A stretch of DNA of 64,000 bases from an uncultured cyanobacterium (GTDB taxonomy: Bacteria; Cyanobacteriota; Cyanobacteriia; CAKZMO01), in contig CAVRCJ010000006.1 in assembly GCA_963719515.1 (NCBI GenBank), forward strand, positions 288,001-352,000, read 5' to 3'. Below, piece after piece: positions 1 to 11,198 of the stretch. Each line of letters begins with the position of its first letter. The first letter of the stretch is position 1. The notes below the pieces were generated by a model. That model was not told where the DNA came from. It ran no database searches and saw only the letters and a program-made list of their open reading frames with translations. A program made the position numbers and the translations under genes.

Positions 1-44
1 GCGTTGGCCTTTTACTTACAGCGCCCCCCATTGTTTCAGCGACA

Positions 45-80
45 CCAGACCACACGCTGTAGCCAGACCACACACTGTAG
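45..80. repeat. Tandem direct repeat, 2 x 18 bp (ccagaccacac[g/a]ctgtag)
   Basis: Copies at 45-62 and 63-80 with one mismatch. Confidence 0.8.
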
Positions 81-457
81 ATAGTATTGCGGACTTTTGT
101 AGCTAAATGAACCAGCTTAAGGATTTATTTAGCTTTTAAATGGGAAGTCTCGCCCTGTATGCAAAGCATCAGCGTCGGGATAAAAATCGCGTGAGTCGAA
201 GTGCGCCCCCAATCTGATGCCAAAGGCAGGGATCAAGGGCAGTACCGAGACGAACAAATGCTAGAATTTCATTGCCAACGCGAATAAGCCGCCTACAGGG
301 GCAACGCGGGTGGCGACCTTCTGTTCTGACGCAAACGTACAGCTATGGCTGGTGAACAGTGCAGCGAATAGGATACGTGAACTGAAAATGTCGCATATCC
401 GCAGTGATTGGACGGTATTGTGTGTGAAGGATATAGCGCGGTACCGTTAGGGCAATC

Positions 458-3400
458 ATGACTAACTCCTCTTCTAACGATCGGCCTCCTCCTGAGGAGC
501 GCCACGGCTCTATATGGCGTAAGGCTGGTGTGGCAGCAGCTGTTGTGGGCGGCGTTGCCGTTGTAGGAACAGGGGCCGCTGTCATTGCGGCCCGCTACTT
601 CGTCTATGAGCGGCTTGCCCCAATTGTCGAGACGGCGCTGACCGACTCCCTTGATCGCCCCGTAGAGCTGGGGGAAGTGCAGCAGTTTAGCCTTACGGGA
701 ATCACGTTTGACGGCGCGGAGGTCCCTACAACGGAGACCCAAAGCGACTATGCGATCGCTGAAACGGTGCAGGTCGGGCTCAACCCTATCCAGATTGTTA
801 CCGATCTAATTCGCGATCGCGAAGTGCCCATTACGATAACCCTAATTAACCCCGAGCTGTTCTTGGTCGAGGAGGAAGACGGCTGGCTGCAGACGGAGCT
901 CGGACAGGACGAAGACGACGAGGAAGGCCCGGTGTCGGTCGTTGTTGAAAAAGTGGTGGTGGACAACGCTACGGTCGTCGCCAATCCTAAGGGATCGCTA
1001 GACGCCAGCGCCAAGCTAGAAGCGAATGATCCCGATGAGGACGCCAATGACGTCGATGCCCGCACCGATATTGCCCCCGATACGGCTCCTGAGACAACCG
1101 ACCCCAGCAGCCCCGACCCCAGCCGGGAGGGCATTGTGCCCACGATTGAAACGGACGGAAAGCCCGACGTTCGCTTGGAGCCCGTGGTTCTTGAAGGCGT
1201 TGACGCCGTAGCGACGTTGCGTAACGAGTACAACAACATCAGCTTTGAGACCAGCGGCGGGCTCAAGAGCGGCGGTGAGTTTGATATTCAGGGAGAAGCA
1301 GATATCGAGGCGCAGCGCGTTAAGGCACTAGTCCGCAGCAGTGACGTATCGCTGCCGGTGTTGGCCGCGCTGCTGCCGCTGCCGTTGGCGCTAGAGCAAG
1401 GCGTACTCAACAGCAACGTCACGGTGGAGTACCGAGGCAGCGAAACCCAGCCGCCCATCAAGTCGCTCTACTTTCAGGGGACAGCTCAGCTCTCAGACGC
1501 TATAGCCCAGCTCAACGTCGCGCCCAAACCTATCGAAGACCTCAATACAAGGCTACGCTTTCAAGGGCAGGAAATTCGGCTCGAAGACACGAGCTTGAGC
1601 TACGGTCAGATTCCAGTGGAAGCAAGCGGCACCCTCGACCTCCAGGAGGGGTATGACCTTGTGGGTGAAGTGCCGGAGGTGACGCTAGCGGGGCTGCAGG
1701 AGACCCTGAACATTCCTATCCCTGTGGAGGTGGCAGGTGCGTTTCAGGCGGTAGCTCAGGTGACGGGACCGCTAGAGCAGCCGGCGGTGACCGGGGAGAT
1801 CAGCAACCGCGGCAAGATTGAGGTAGACCGCACCGCTGTTGATTTGGTGGAGGCAGCGTTTAAGTTTGAGCCTCCCTTACTCAGCGTGGATTCGTTCACC
1901 ATTCTGCCGACGGTAGGAGGAGAGATTACGGGAGAGGGCACGATTGACCTGGAGGCCGACGGCGGCGTTTTGGCCAGTATCGACGTGGTGCTCCCGGCAG
2001 ATGGACTAGCGCAAGACTATGGCTTCTCTTTGCCTGCCCCTTATCAAATTGGCTCTCTGGTGGCCGACTTAGAAGTGTTTGGTCCCTTCGATAATATTCA
2101 AGCGATCGCCCAGTGGCAGCTGCCTGAGGCCACCTATACCGGGCAGGGCGAAATTCGCTACGGGGACGGGGCCATCCGGCTGCAGGACACCCAGTTTCAG
2201 GTGGAAGGGGGCACGGTCACCGCTGACGGTATCGCACAGCTCGACCCGCAAATCTGGCAGGCCAACGTCGAGGCTTCCGGGATACAGACGGGGGACATTG
2301 CGCCCCAGCTCCAGGGCTTGCTCACCGCCGATGTGGCTCTGTCGGGGCGACTGGACAGCTTAGACTTAAAAGCCGTCAGCGCCCAAGGAACGGCCCGTCT
2401 CGACAATACTCAAATCCAGCCCATCAACGGGGTGGCGCTGGTAGACCCCGGTACCTATCAAACCGGCTTCCGCTGGACCGGAGATGGGCTTCAGGTCAGC
2501 GACTTTCAGGGCCCTAACCTGCGAGCAGAGGGGTTCGTTGGCCTAGACCCAGCGGCGCAGCCGGTAGTCACCGGCTTTAATCTTGACGTGGCCGCAGAAG
2601 ACTATGCCCTGGCGCGGCTCGATCCCTTTTTACCTGACGCCGTTCGCGCCCAGGCGCAGCTTCGCGGGCTGGCGAGTTTTGCAGGTCAGGTGAGCGGCAC
2701 CCTAGATGCCCCTCAGGTTGACGGAACCTTGGCCCTCGATGGCTTTGGGGTTAACCGGTTTACTTTTGCTAGCTTAGCTGGTCCAGTGCAGCTGGGCCTG
2801 GGACAAGGGGGCGCGATAGATCTGCAGGGGGGAGGCGATCGCATTGCGGCCACCGTCAGCGAAGCCTACATTCCTACAGACTTTGCGATTCGCAACGGCG
2901 AGATTTCCTTATTGGGGGAAACCCAAGGCGACATCCTGACGGCCCAGCTGCGCGACTTTCCGCTGCAGCTGCTGGACTACCAGCCCTTAGGGGAGCGGCA
3001 GGGGGCAGTGAGCGGTGTGGTTAACGCCAACGTGGAAGCCAACATCGCCACCCTCAGTAACCCCTCTGCCGTTGTCAGCTTAGCCGTAGCGCAGCCCAGC
3101 TTAGGCGCAGTGGTGGCGGACCAGTTTACCGGAGAGGTCACCTACCGGAACGGCGCCGTGGGCTTGGCCAACGGCGATCTGATTCAGGGGGAGAGTCTGT
3201 ACGCGCTAGAAGGCCGCCTAGCCCTGGATGGAGCGCAGCCCTTTGAGGCAAACGTGGCCGTGGAAAACGGGCGGCTAGAGACGGTGGTTGCTGCGGCGCG
3301 GCTGGTTTCTCCCGCAGGTGAGGATCCGGGCTCAGCTGCGCAACCCTATCGAGATGGCGACCTCGACGTGTCGGAGGTCGGACGCCCAGAGCAGCCGCTG

Positions 3401-5662
3401 CTGGAGCAGGCCCTTTACGCCGCCAAGCTTGCTTATCTCAATGGGCTGCTGAATCCGGAGGACCAAACCACAGCCCTGATTCCGCCCCTAGAAGAGCTGA
3501 ACGGCAGCTTTGATGCCCAATTGGACCTATCGGGTCAGCTCAGCAATATTTTTGAAGGGTTTAGGGCCGAGTTTGTCCTGGACGGGGAGAATTGGGACTG
3601 GGGGCAGTACGATCGCCCCAATGAAGTGGAGGTGGCGGGCCAGCTTGCGATAACAGACAGTATCGACGGCGCCACGCTCACCCTAGAGCCGCTTCGCTTC
3701 CAGTCAGAAGAGACCCTAGTGGCTTACAGCGGCAGCTTCGGGCTGGCCGGGGATCAATCAGGAGTGCTGCAGGTGGAGCAGGTGTCGGTGCCGCTGCTGC
3801 AGGACATCGCTGAGAATTTCGTCAACGTGCCCGTTGAGCTGGAGGGCACTCTCAACGCCCTAGTCGAGTTCGGCGGCAGTCTGGTTGCTCCCCAAGTGGA
3901 CGGCGAGGCGGCAATCGCCAATGCCCAAATCAACGGCAATTCTCTAGAAGAAGTGGCCACCACTTTCCGCTACGCCGACGCCCAGTTCGACGCCGACGCC
4001 CGCGTCGTCAATCAGGGACCTCAGCGGCTGTTAGCTGAAGCCAGCATCCCCTACGCGCTGCCCTTTATGACGGTGCAGCCTCAGACCAACCAGATTTCGG
4101 CGAAGGCGGCGCTGCAGGATGAGGCGCTAGGGCTGCTGGGGGTCGTGACCAACAATCAGCTTCAGTGGGAGGGCGGCAGCGGCCTAGTGCGGGTCGACGT
4201 TAGCGGCACCCTAGAAGAGCCGGTGGTGGCGGGGACGGCCCAATTCGAGGATGCCACCGTGGCTCTGCAGCTGATCAACGACCCGATTACGGACATCACC
4301 GGACGAGCCGCCTTTGACCTGCAGGAAGTACAGGTCAAAGACCTGCAGGCTAAGCTCAACGGCGGCGATATTCAGGTGAACGGGACGCTGCCGGTGCAGA
4401 CGCCATCTACAGACTCCGAGCTGGCGGTTAGCTTGACTGAGGTGCCGGTGGACCTAGATGTAGAGGCGATCGCCGGTCGCGAGGTGGGCTTTAGCGCCAC
4501 GGTCGATAGCCAGGCGATCGTCAGCGGCACGGCGCTGGACCCCGTTTTGGGCGGCCAGGTCCAGCTGCGGGATGGCCGGGTGGATGTGCTTAGTGGTCTC
4601 TTCAGTGGGTTTGGTTTGGGGTCTTCCGCGGCGGAAGCGTCCGCGGCGGAAGCATCGGCGGAAGACGGCGCTGCTGAGGACCCTCAAGAGCCCAACCTCA
4701 TCTTCGGCACTAGGCGAATCAGGCGGCTCTTTAGGAAGCCTGAGGCCGCCATCGCCAATGGGGCCTCCGCCCGCCGAACGCCTCCGCTCGCCAATATTTT
4801 TGGCAGCGACGCTGATTCTGACAGCCTCATTCGCTTCAACGATCTAGAAATCACGCTGGCCAACGATTTACAGGTCGCCGGAGGCTCTCTCTTCAACGTT
4901 GAGGCCGAGGGAAGCCTGATTTTGAACGGCGGCTTGGGTAATTTACGGCCCGATGGTGAACTCGATCTCGTCTCAGGGTGGGTAAACCTATATAGCGCCC
5001 AGTTCCGCTTAAACCGAGATGAGCCCAATCGCGTCGTTCTCACGCCCAACGAGGGTCTAGACCCACTGCTCCAGGTCAGCGCTGTTGCTGATATTCCCGA
5101 ACTGGAGCGCACCCCAGTCCCGCCGTCGTCTCCGTTTGCGGCATCTGAGGTGGCGGACCAGTCTGCCGTTCCGTCGTTTGGCGGTTTTGAGACGATCGAG
5201 GTCACCGCTCGCATCGACGGGCGGCTCAGTCAGCTGCAGCAAAATCTAGTGCTAGAGAGCCAGCCGCCCCGCACTGAGGACCAGCTCGTTGCGCTGATCG
5301 GCGGGGGATTGGTGAATCAATTTGCCCAGGGTGATGCTGCGGCAGGGCTGGCCAACTTCGTGGGTTCTGGCACCTTTGCCAACGTCAGCAATGAGATTGC
5401 TCAGACATTGGGGATCGATCTGTTTCGCATCTTCCCCGCCACCGATGTCGGCGACGAATCCAATTTGCCGATCAACGTGGGCGTTGAGGCCGGTGTCGAC
5501 ATCACTGATGATCTTTCAGTTACCATACTGCAGCTTTTGGGCAGCACAACGCCGCCCCAGGTGGGTCTGCGCTATCGCCTCACTGAAGAGTTTCAGATTC
5601 GGGCGAACACGGATTTAGATGAAGACACGCGGGGTATTTTGGAGTATCAGATTCGCTTCTAA
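458..5662 (+). CDS. tamB: Translocation/assembly module TamB-like protein (DUF490 C-terminus)
   Basis: 1734 aa; single N-terminal TM helix, long Gly-rich beta-repeat body, C-terminal amphipathic strand ending ...GILEYQIRF. Confidence 0.85.
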   Translation: MTNSSSNDRPPPEERHGSIWRKAGVAAAVVGGVAVVGTGAAVIAARYFVYERLAPIVETALTDSLDRPVELGEVQQFSLTGITFDGAEVPTTETQSDYAIAETVQVGLNPIQIVTDLIRDREVPITITLINPELFLVEEEDGWLQTELGQDEDDEEGPVSVVVEKVVVDNATVVANPKGSLDASAKLEANDPDEDANDVDARTDIAPDTAPETTDPSSPDPSREGIVPTIETDGKPDVRLEPVVLEGVDAVATLRNEYNNISFETSGGLKSGGEFDIQGEADIEAQRVKALVRSSDVSLPVLAALLPLPLALEQGVLNSNVTVEYRGSETQPPIKSLYFQGTAQLSDAIAQLNVAPKPIEDLNTRLRFQGQEIRLEDTSLSYGQIPVEASGTLDLQEGYDLVGEVPEVTLAGLQETLNIPIPVEVAGAFQAVAQVTGPLEQPAVTGEISNRGKIEVDRTAVDLVEAAFKFEPPLLSVDSFTILPTVGGEITGEGTIDLEADGGVLASIDVVLPADGLAQDYGFSLPAPYQIGSLVADLEVFGPFDNIQAIAQWQLPEATYTGQGEIRYGDGAIRLQDTQFQVEGGTVTADGIAQLDPQIWQANVEASGIQTGDIAPQLQGLLTADVALSGRLDSLDLKAVSAQGTARLDNTQIQPINGVALVDPGTYQTGFRWTGDGLQVSDFQGPNLRAEGFVGLDPAAQPVVTGFNLDVAAEDYALARLDPFLPDAVRAQAQLRGLASFAGQVSGTLDAPQVDGTLALDGFGVNRFTFASLAGPVQLGLGQGGAIDLQGGGDRIAATVSEAYIPTDFAIRNGEISLLGETQGDILTAQLRDFPLQLLDYQPLGERQGAVSGVVNANVEANIATLSNPSAVVSLAVAQPSLGAVVADQFTGEVTYRNGAVGLANGDLIQGESLYALEGRLALDGAQPFEANVAVENGRLETVVAAARLVSPAGEDPGSAAQPYRDGDLDVSEVGRPEQPLLEQALYAAKLAYLNGLLNPEDQTTALIPPLEELNGSFDAQLDLSGQLSNIFEGFRAEFVLDGENWDWGQYDRPNEVEVAGQLAITDSIDGATLTLEPLRFQSEETLVAYSGSFGLAGDQSGVLQVEQVSVPLLQDIAENFVNVPVELEGTLNALVEFGGSLVAPQVDGEAAIANAQINGNSLEEVATTFRYADAQFDADARVVNQGPQRLLAEASIPYALPFMTVQPQTNQISAKAALQDEALGLLGVVTNNQLQWEGGSGLVRVDVSGTLEEPVVAGTAQFEDATVALQLINDPITDITGRAAFDLQEVQVKDLQAKLNGGDIQVNGTLPVQTPSTDSELAVSLTEVPVDLDVEAIAGREVGFSATVDSQAIVSGTALDPVLGGQVQLRDGRVDVLSGLFSGFGLGSSAAEASAAEASAEDGAAEDPQEPNLIFGTRRIRRLFRKPEAAIANGASARRTPPLANIFGSDADSDSLIRFNDLEITLANDLQVAGGSLFNVEAEGSLILNGGLGNLRPDGELDLVSGWVNLYSAQFRLNRDEPNRVVLTPNEGLDPLLQVSAVADIPELERTPVPPSSPFAASEVADQSAVPSFGGFETIEVTARIDGRLSQLQQNLVLESQPPRTEDQLVALIGGGLVNQFAQGDAAAGLANFVGSGTFANVSNEIAQTLGIDLFRIFPATDVGDESNLPINVGVEAGVDITDDLSVTILQLLGSTTPPQVGLRYRLTEEFQIRANTDLDEDTRGILEYQIRF
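752..759. repeat. HIP1 octamer GCGATCGC (one example of many copies across the window)
   Basis: The palindrome recurs dozens of times, including inside the NRPS-PKS; it is a hallmark of cyanobacterial genomes. Confidence 0.95.
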
Positions 5663-5776
5663 CGGGACGTGCCGCGCCTACAAAAGTAATCCTCCAATCT
5701 CAGTTGCAAGAGTGCTTTCCATCCGACTAGGCTGTAATGGCCCTCCAACCTTGCACCACCCGCCGCCCCAATCACT

Positions 5777-6190
5777 ATGAGCGCCTATCAAACTACGCTG
5801 CGTATCTCCACCGCCGGTAAAACCCTGTGTGGCATCACATCCCAGGTACAGTCCGCCGTCAAAGACTCCGGCATTGAAACCGGCATTTGCCATCTATTTT
5901 TGCGCCACACCTCCGCCAGCCTGCTCATCCAAGAAAACGCCGACCCCGACGTTTTGATAGATATGGAACATTTCTTCGCCAAGCTCGTGCCCGAAGGCGA
6001 TCGCTACATCCACAGCGCCGAAGGCCCGGACGACATGCCCGCCCACATCCGCACCGCCCTTACCCACACCTCAGAGCATATTCCCATTGCCCGCAATCGG
6101 CTGCTGTTGGGAACCTGGCAGGGCATTTACCTATGGGAGCACAGGCGGCGATCGCATCACCGGGAGCTCGTGGTTCATATTCTGGGCTAG
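5777..6190 (+). CDS. yjbQ: YjbQ/UPF0047 family protein (secondary thiamine-phosphate synthase)
   Basis: HTSASL..QENADPDV, EGPDDMPAHI and LLLGTWQGIYLWEHR motifs. Confidence 0.9.
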   Translation: MSAYQTTLRISTAGKTLCGITSQVQSAVKDSGIETGICHLFLRHTSASLLIQENADPDVLIDMEHFFAKLVPEGDRYIHSAEGPDDMPAHIRTALTHTSEHIPIARNRLLLGTWQGIYLWEHRRRSHHRELVVHILG

Positions 6191-6241
6191 GTCACGGGCC
6201 AGGCTCACGGGCCAGGCTCACAGGCCAAGAATCACGGGCCA
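6189..6241. repeat. Degenerate ~13-bp tandem repeat (aggctcacgggcc), about 4 copies
   Basis: aggtcacgggcc-aggctcacgggcc-aggctcacaggcc-aagaatcacgggcc directly after the yjbQ stop. Confidence 0.75.
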
Positions 6242-6283
6242 AACGGCCACTCCCTTCTGCTCGGCAACCCCGTACTCAACATT

Positions 6284-7444
6284 ATGCACTCTACCATCCA
6301 TCAAATTCCCTTGGCCACAATGGCCTCAGGCGACAGCGTTTTCCTTCAGGCCTATCAGTTCCGGGGAGCGAAGAGCGGGAAAAAAGCTTACATTCAGTCC
6401 AACCTCCACGGCGCTGAAATTGTGGGCAACGCCGTCATCTACGAGCTAATTCAGTTTCTTCAGGGTTTGGATCCAGGACAAATTTCCGGAGAGATTTGGC
6501 TCGTGCCGGTGTGCAACCCCCTAGGGACCAACCAGCGATCGCACCACTTTTCCTCCGGGCGGTTCAACCCCTACGATGGCTCCGACTGGAACCGCATTTT
6601 TTGGGACTACGCAGACCATATCGATGACGCCGATCTCGACATTGGCGAGAACCGCGATCGCCTCAACGAATTTGCCCAAGCTCATCTCAAAACCCAGACC
6701 TCAAACATTCAGCAGCAGTATCGCCAGCGCATCTACGCCGCCTTTTCAAAGCAAAAAGACGCCATCAATTCTCCGATGGGCGTTCCCTTCCGGGAGCAGT
6801 ACCGCTATCAGCTGCAGTCTTTGTGCCTCGACGCCGATTATCTAATTGATATCCATTCCTCCTCCAACCAAGGAATTAACTACCTCTACTACTTCTCCGG
6901 CAGGGAGGAGAGCGCCAGGCTGTTTTTGCTGCCCGCCGGCATTCTGCTGGACCGCTACGACGGGGATGCGTTTGACGAGGCCTTTATGAAGCCGTGGCTC
7001 TCTCTAGAAGAGTGCTTCGCCGACTGTGGGCGAGAGATTCGCTTTGACGTTGAGGCCTGGACCCTGGAGTTGGGAACGGGGCTGCGAATTTTACCAGACT
7101 CGGTAGCCAAAGGCATGCGCGGCATCAAAAACTACCTTACCCACAAAGGAATTCTCTCCCTACCCAACTTTCCGGTCGACGCCCTGTCCTACCACGACGT
7201 CCGGTTCACCGCTACAAGCAAGCTTGCCCGCTACTACGCCCCCCAGGGCGGCATGGTGCAGCCCATTGTTTCTTTAGGCGCTGTGGTGGAGGTGGGCCAG
7301 CCCCTATACCGGCTGCTGTCCTTCGATAAGCGTCAGCCCGAGCCTCAAGCTCAGGTCATCCACGCTGAGCAAGACGGGCTGATTTTTGACATGGCCATAA
7401 ATCAGGCCGCGAATCAGGGGGAGTACGTGTTAGGAATTTTGTAG
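6284..7444 (+). CDS. Succinylglutamate desuccinylase/aspartoacylase (M14-like) family protein
   Basis: HGAE zinc motif, D.NR, DIH, and a C-terminal barrel-like segment. Confidence 0.85.
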   Translation: MHSTIHQIPLATMASGDSVFLQAYQFRGAKSGKKAYIQSNLHGAEIVGNAVIYELIQFLQGLDPGQISGEIWLVPVCNPLGTNQRSHHFSSGRFNPYDGSDWNRIFWDYADHIDDADLDIGENRDRLNEFAQAHLKTQTSNIQQQYRQRIYAAFSKQKDAINSPMGVPFREQYRYQLQSLCLDADYLIDIHSSSNQGINYLYYFSGREESARLFLLPAGILLDRYDGDAFDEAFMKPWLSLEECFADCGREIRFDVEAWTLELGTGLRILPDSVAKGMRGIKNYLTHKGILSLPNFPVDALSYHDVRFTATSKLARYYAPQGGMVQPIVSLGAVVEVGQPLYRLLSFDKRQPEPQAQVIHAEQDGLIFDMAINQAANQGEYVLGIL

Positions 7445-8818
7445 GGGCTGCGGCTGTGCCGGCGGCGATCGGCGATACCAGCGACACAGCTTCTGGGGGG
7501 GGATTCCTATCAGGTAGCCCAAGACAATCAGCTGATTGATTACGGTGGTCTGCAAGATCCCCACTGTTCTCCAGCGTCTTCCCGAGGTCGTGACGGCCTC
7601 GGGCAAAATGGCCAAGTCTCCCTGCCGCCGCAGCTGCCGCACAAACTCAAAGTCTTCCATAATAGGCAGGTCTGGAAACCCGCCCAAGGCCTGAAAGCGA
7701 TCGGCTCTGACGAAAAGAGCCTGATCGCCGTAGGGCAGCTTAAAGTACCGCGATCGCCAACCAACGCCCCACTCCACGAGCCGTAGCCCTCTATCCTCTC
7801 CGCGAATTTTGAGGGAAAAAGCGCCTGCAACTGGTGGCGCGGCGGCGCGATTACTGCTGCGAGCACCCACCAAGGTCTGACGGATCAAGGTGATAAAGCG
7901 ATCGGGAAGCTGCGTGTCGCCATGCAAAAACAGCAGAATGTCTCCTTGAGCGATCGCCGCTCCGGCATTCATTTGGCGGGCGCGTCCGGGCTCTGTTGAA
8001 ATCACCGTAGCGCCGCTCGCCTGGGCCAAGCCCACGGTTTTATCAGCGCTGCTGCCGTCCACCACAATAATCTCTACCCCTTCCGCATCCCGAAGCTGGC
8101 GCTGCAGGACGCTTAGCCCTGCTTGAATACGAGACGCCTCGTCCAGCACGGGCATGATGATGGAAATGGTTTCTGTGGTCGCGGGTAAGGGGCGCTGGGC
8201 GACGGCCTGCCACTGCGCTAGGTCATGAGGGTAGTCGACGTCTGTGAGCGGAGGGAGTTTCTGGCACGCTAGACCCAGCGACTTCACCTGAGCCTCTGTC
8301 TGGGCCAAGACGCGATCGCTGCTCCATTCAATGCCGCGAAATAGCTCTGCCCATTGGGCATGTGCGTCTCGCTTGAGGCCAATAAGATAATAGCCCCCAT
8401 CGCTGGCCGGCCCCAAAACAACGTCGTGGGTTTCAAGCGCCTCACAGGCCTCTCGCAGCCGCTGGGACGTTAGGGCAGGGCAGTCGATGCCAATGGCAAT
8501 TACCCCCGTAGCGGTCTCAAATCCCGAGGCGAAGGCCGTCGTGAGGCGAAGGCCCAGATCTCCTATCCCTTGAGGCACGTAGGTCCAGTCTGGCCCTAGC
8601 CACTGTTCCATTTCAGGGCGATCGCTTCCCGTGTAGCGAACGCTCGCCGTCAGCACTTCTGAGCGAACCAACAGAGCAGCCTGCTGTAGGGTATGTTCCG
8701 TCATCTGCTGCTGCAGGAACGCAGCCCCCGTGGCTCCTAGCGCCGGAATTAGCCGAGTTTTGGTCGTCCCTGGATTGGGGTAGCGTGTGAAAACAAGAAG
8801 ATGGTTTGTCGGGAACAT
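7430..8818 (-). CDS. Fused DUF2064 (TIGR04282-like) and GT2 glycosyltransferase (TIGR04283-like)
   Basis: N-half: TKTRL, IGIDCP, LGPASDGGYYLIG, DVD. C-half: IVVDG, GRARQMNAGA, LFLHGD, YGDQ, MED, TSGRRW. Confidence 0.85.
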   Translation of the reverse strand: MFPTNHLLVFTRYPNPGTTKTRLIPALGATGAAFLQQQMTEHTLQQAALLVRSEVLTASVRYTGSDRPEMEQWLGPDWTYVPQGIGDLGLRLTTAFASGFETATGVIAIGIDCPALTSQRLREACEALETHDVVLGPASDGGYYLIGLKRDAHAQWAELFRGIEWSSDRVLAQTEAQVKSLGLACQKLPPLTDVDYPHDLAQWQAVAQRPLPATTETISIIMPVLDEASRIQAGLSVLQRQLRDAEGVEIIVVDGSSADKTVGLAQASGATVISTEPGRARQMNAGAAIAQGDILLFLHGDTQLPDRFITLIRQTLVGARSSNRAAAPPVAGAFSLKIRGEDRGLRLVEWGVGWRSRYFKLPYGDQALFVRADRFQALGGFPDLPIMEDFEFVRQLRRQGDLAILPEAVTTSGRRWRTVGILQTTVINQLIVLGYLIGIPPQKLCRWYRRSPPAQPQPLQNS

Positions 8819-9466
8819 CGCTGAGTAGGGGCAGAAAAACTAAGGAATGAAATCCAATGTGGTGATAGTGCAACCATAAGCGAAAAGTCAAAGAGCCTGA
8901 TGAACGCGGGCTGAGAACCCTTGAAGGAGTCAGGACTTTTTTTGGAAACCTAGCCATCTGTAGAGCCATCCTCTGTGGGGGGAAGATCTCAGCGCCTTAA
9001 ACCACGCGGACAGTGCGGAAATTGTGATATCTATCACGCTGTTTCCTGCAGATCATCACACGGGTTGATCCGGTCGATCACGTTGCTTAGGTTGCAGTCA
9101 GGGGATGATGTGAAGCATCAGGAACTGGTACAGCGTCAGTCGCTCATTCGAATACCTTGATAGATGCTAGAGATATGATGCTATGTCATCCCTGACAACG
9201 CGGACGCTATCTAGCTAGATTTGGTCCGCTCCGTAAAATTGCTGAGTGAATGGCTGTCATGCTGCCCTTATGGCGGATGTAGGCCGAGCTGTCTTCTGAA
9301 TATGTTGGAACTAGCGTGAGATGCGCAAAGAGCTCAACAGACTTTAGATAGCGCCGTTATATCAGTAGTAGACAGGTGAATGCTTAAAGCAAGCGGCATG
9401 GGTCTGGGTTGACGATAGGTCTGGGGCTGGTGGCAGCGATAATTTTTGGGGAAGAGGGCATTGATA

Positions 9467-10057
9467 ATGAAGAGGATTGAGACTAGATCGCGCCGCTCGC
9501 GTCAATTTGAAGGCTGGTTGACCTGGCAGCACGTTAAACGCCCTCTGGCAGGTCTTGTATTGACGCTAGGGCTGCTGGCCAGTGGGTTTCCCGGCTTTTA
9601 TTTTAAGTTCAATAGTGCGATCGCTTTGCCTAGTTCTGTGATTACTGAGGAAGCTTCTAAGCAGACTTCGGCAGACCTGCGCTCAGCAACCCCTAACTCA
9701 GCGCTGCCTAGCGACGGAGTTTACCTATACGGTGAGTCCTCTGAGCCAAATCAGGTTGGGCAAGTCTACGCCGTGTTTGAAGTGACCGACAGCGAGACGG
9801 TGGGCGCGTTCTATATGCCGTCTTCCTCTTTCGACTGCTTTTACGGTGAGGTTGACGCCCAAGAACTCGATTTGATGATTGTCAACAGCTACGAGCAGTC
9901 AGCCTATCCTTATTCCGTCCCCTTAACCTACGAAAACGTCGCAGGCGCGTCCGGAAGTGTCCCCGTGCCGGAGGGCTATCACCGCATCGATGAGCTGAGC
10001 CAGCAGGATTATCAGATTCTGAGTACCTGCCGCAGCAATAGCTCCCAAGCAATTTAG
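9467..10057 (+). CDS. Conserved cyanobacterial hypothetical protein, probably exported
   Basis: Hydrophobic N-terminal segment; DGVYLYGES...[16 protein letters not shown] block. The start is uncertain (9446 or 9467). Confidence 0.7.
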   Translation: MKRIETRSRRSRQFEGWLTWQHVKRPLAGLVLTLGLLASGFPGFYFKFNSAIALPSSVITEEASKQTSADLRSATPNSALPSDGVYLYGESSEPNQVGQVYAVFEVTDSETVGAFYMPSSSFDCFYGEVDAQELDLMIVNSYEQSAYPYSVPLTYENVAGASGSVPVPEGYHRIDELSQQDYQILSTCRSNSSQAI

Positions 10058-10170
10058 TCTCCATTGAGCTGCAGACATTTAGCTACAGAAGGTCTCTTTT
10101 AAAAGAACTCCAGCGGTCATTCTGGTACAATCGTGACCCTGCAGTTCATCTTGGCTCGAAAGGAAATCTC

Positions 10171-11166
10171 ATGGCGCGCCTATTCTACGACGCTGACGCA
10201 AATTTAGATTTACTCAACGGTAAGACCGTCGCCATTATTGGCTATGGGTCTCAGGGGCATGCCCACGCCCTGAATTTGAAGGACAGCGGCGTCAATGTCG
10301 TTGTGGGACTGTACCCCGGCAGCCGTTCAACTCAAAAGGCGGAAGATCAGGGCCTAACCGTCAAGTCGGTAGCCGATGCGGCAGCCGTGGCTGACTTCAT
10401 CATGGTTCTTCTCCCCGACGAGGTGCAGCGCTCTGTGTACGCAGAGGCGATCGCTCCCAACCTCAAAGAAGGTAACGTCCTTGCCTTTGCCCACGGGTTC
10501 AACATTAACTTCGCTCAAATCGTGCCGCCAGAATCGGTAGACGTGGTGATGGTCGCCCCTAAAGGGCCAGGGCATTTAGTGCGGCGCACCTACGAGCAAG
10601 GCCAAGGGGTTCCCTGTCTGTTTGCCATCTATCAAGATGCCTCGGGTCAGGCCCGCGATCGCGCCATGGCCTATGCCAAAGGCATTGGCGGCACCCGAGC
10701 CGGAATCCTAGAAACCACTTTCCGAGAAGAGACGGAAACAGATCTATTCGGGGAGCAGGTAGTGCTCTGTGGCGGTTTGAGCGAGCTGATTAAGGCAGGC
10801 TTCGAAACGCTGGTAGATGCTGGGTACCAACCTGAGCTAGCCTACTTTGAGTGCCTACATGAGGTGAAACTCATCGTTGACCTAGTGGTTGAGGGGGGGT
10901 TAGCTAAAATGCGCGACAGCATCTCCAATACGGCAGAGTATGGCGACTATACCCGAGGCCCGCGCATCATCACGGATGAGACCCGCGCCGAAATGAAAAA
11001 GATTTTGCGGGAGATTCAAACGGGACAATTTGCCCGCGAATTTGTCACAGAGAATATGGCCGGTAAGGCGATGTTCAACGCGACGCGCCGTCGGGAAGCC
11101 GAGCACCCGATTGAAGAGGTGGGTCAGGATTTACGGGCAATGTTTAGCTGGCTGAAAAAGGTCTAA
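10171..11166 (+). CDS. ilvC: Ketol-acid reductoisomerase
   Basis: [32 protein letters not shown] aaggaa upstream. Confidence 0.98.
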   Translation: MARLFYDADANLDLLNGKTVAIIGYGSQGHAHALNLKDSGVNVVVGLYPGSRSTQKAEDQGLTVKSVADAAAVADFIMVLLPDEVQRSVYAEAIAPNLKEGNVLAFAHGFNINFAQIVPPESVDVVMVAPKGPGHLVRRTYEQGQGVPCLFAIYQDASGQARDRAMAYAKGIGGTRAGILETTFREETETDLFGEQVVLCGGLSELIKAGFETLVDAGYQPELAYFECLHEVKLIVDLVVEGGLAKMRDSISNTAEYGDYTRGPRIITDETRAEMKKILREIQTGQFAREFVTENMAGKAMFNATRRREAEHPIEEVGQDLRAMFSWLKKV

Positions 11167-11198
11167 GCCCGCTGCGCAACTGAACCGCCAAGCAATTT

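Noticed and set aside
4621..4665. 15-bp repeat in tamB (SAAEA repeats)
   Set aside because: In-frame low-complexity linker; unremarkable.
6189..6241. Possible CRISPR array
   Set aside because: Units are about 13 bp, contiguous and have no spacers; no cas genes in the window.
8905..8935. TPP riboswitch-like 'gggctgagaacccttgaa'
   Set aside because: The downstream ACCUGA and AGCG.AGGGA core is missing, and it does not lie upstream of a thiamine gene.
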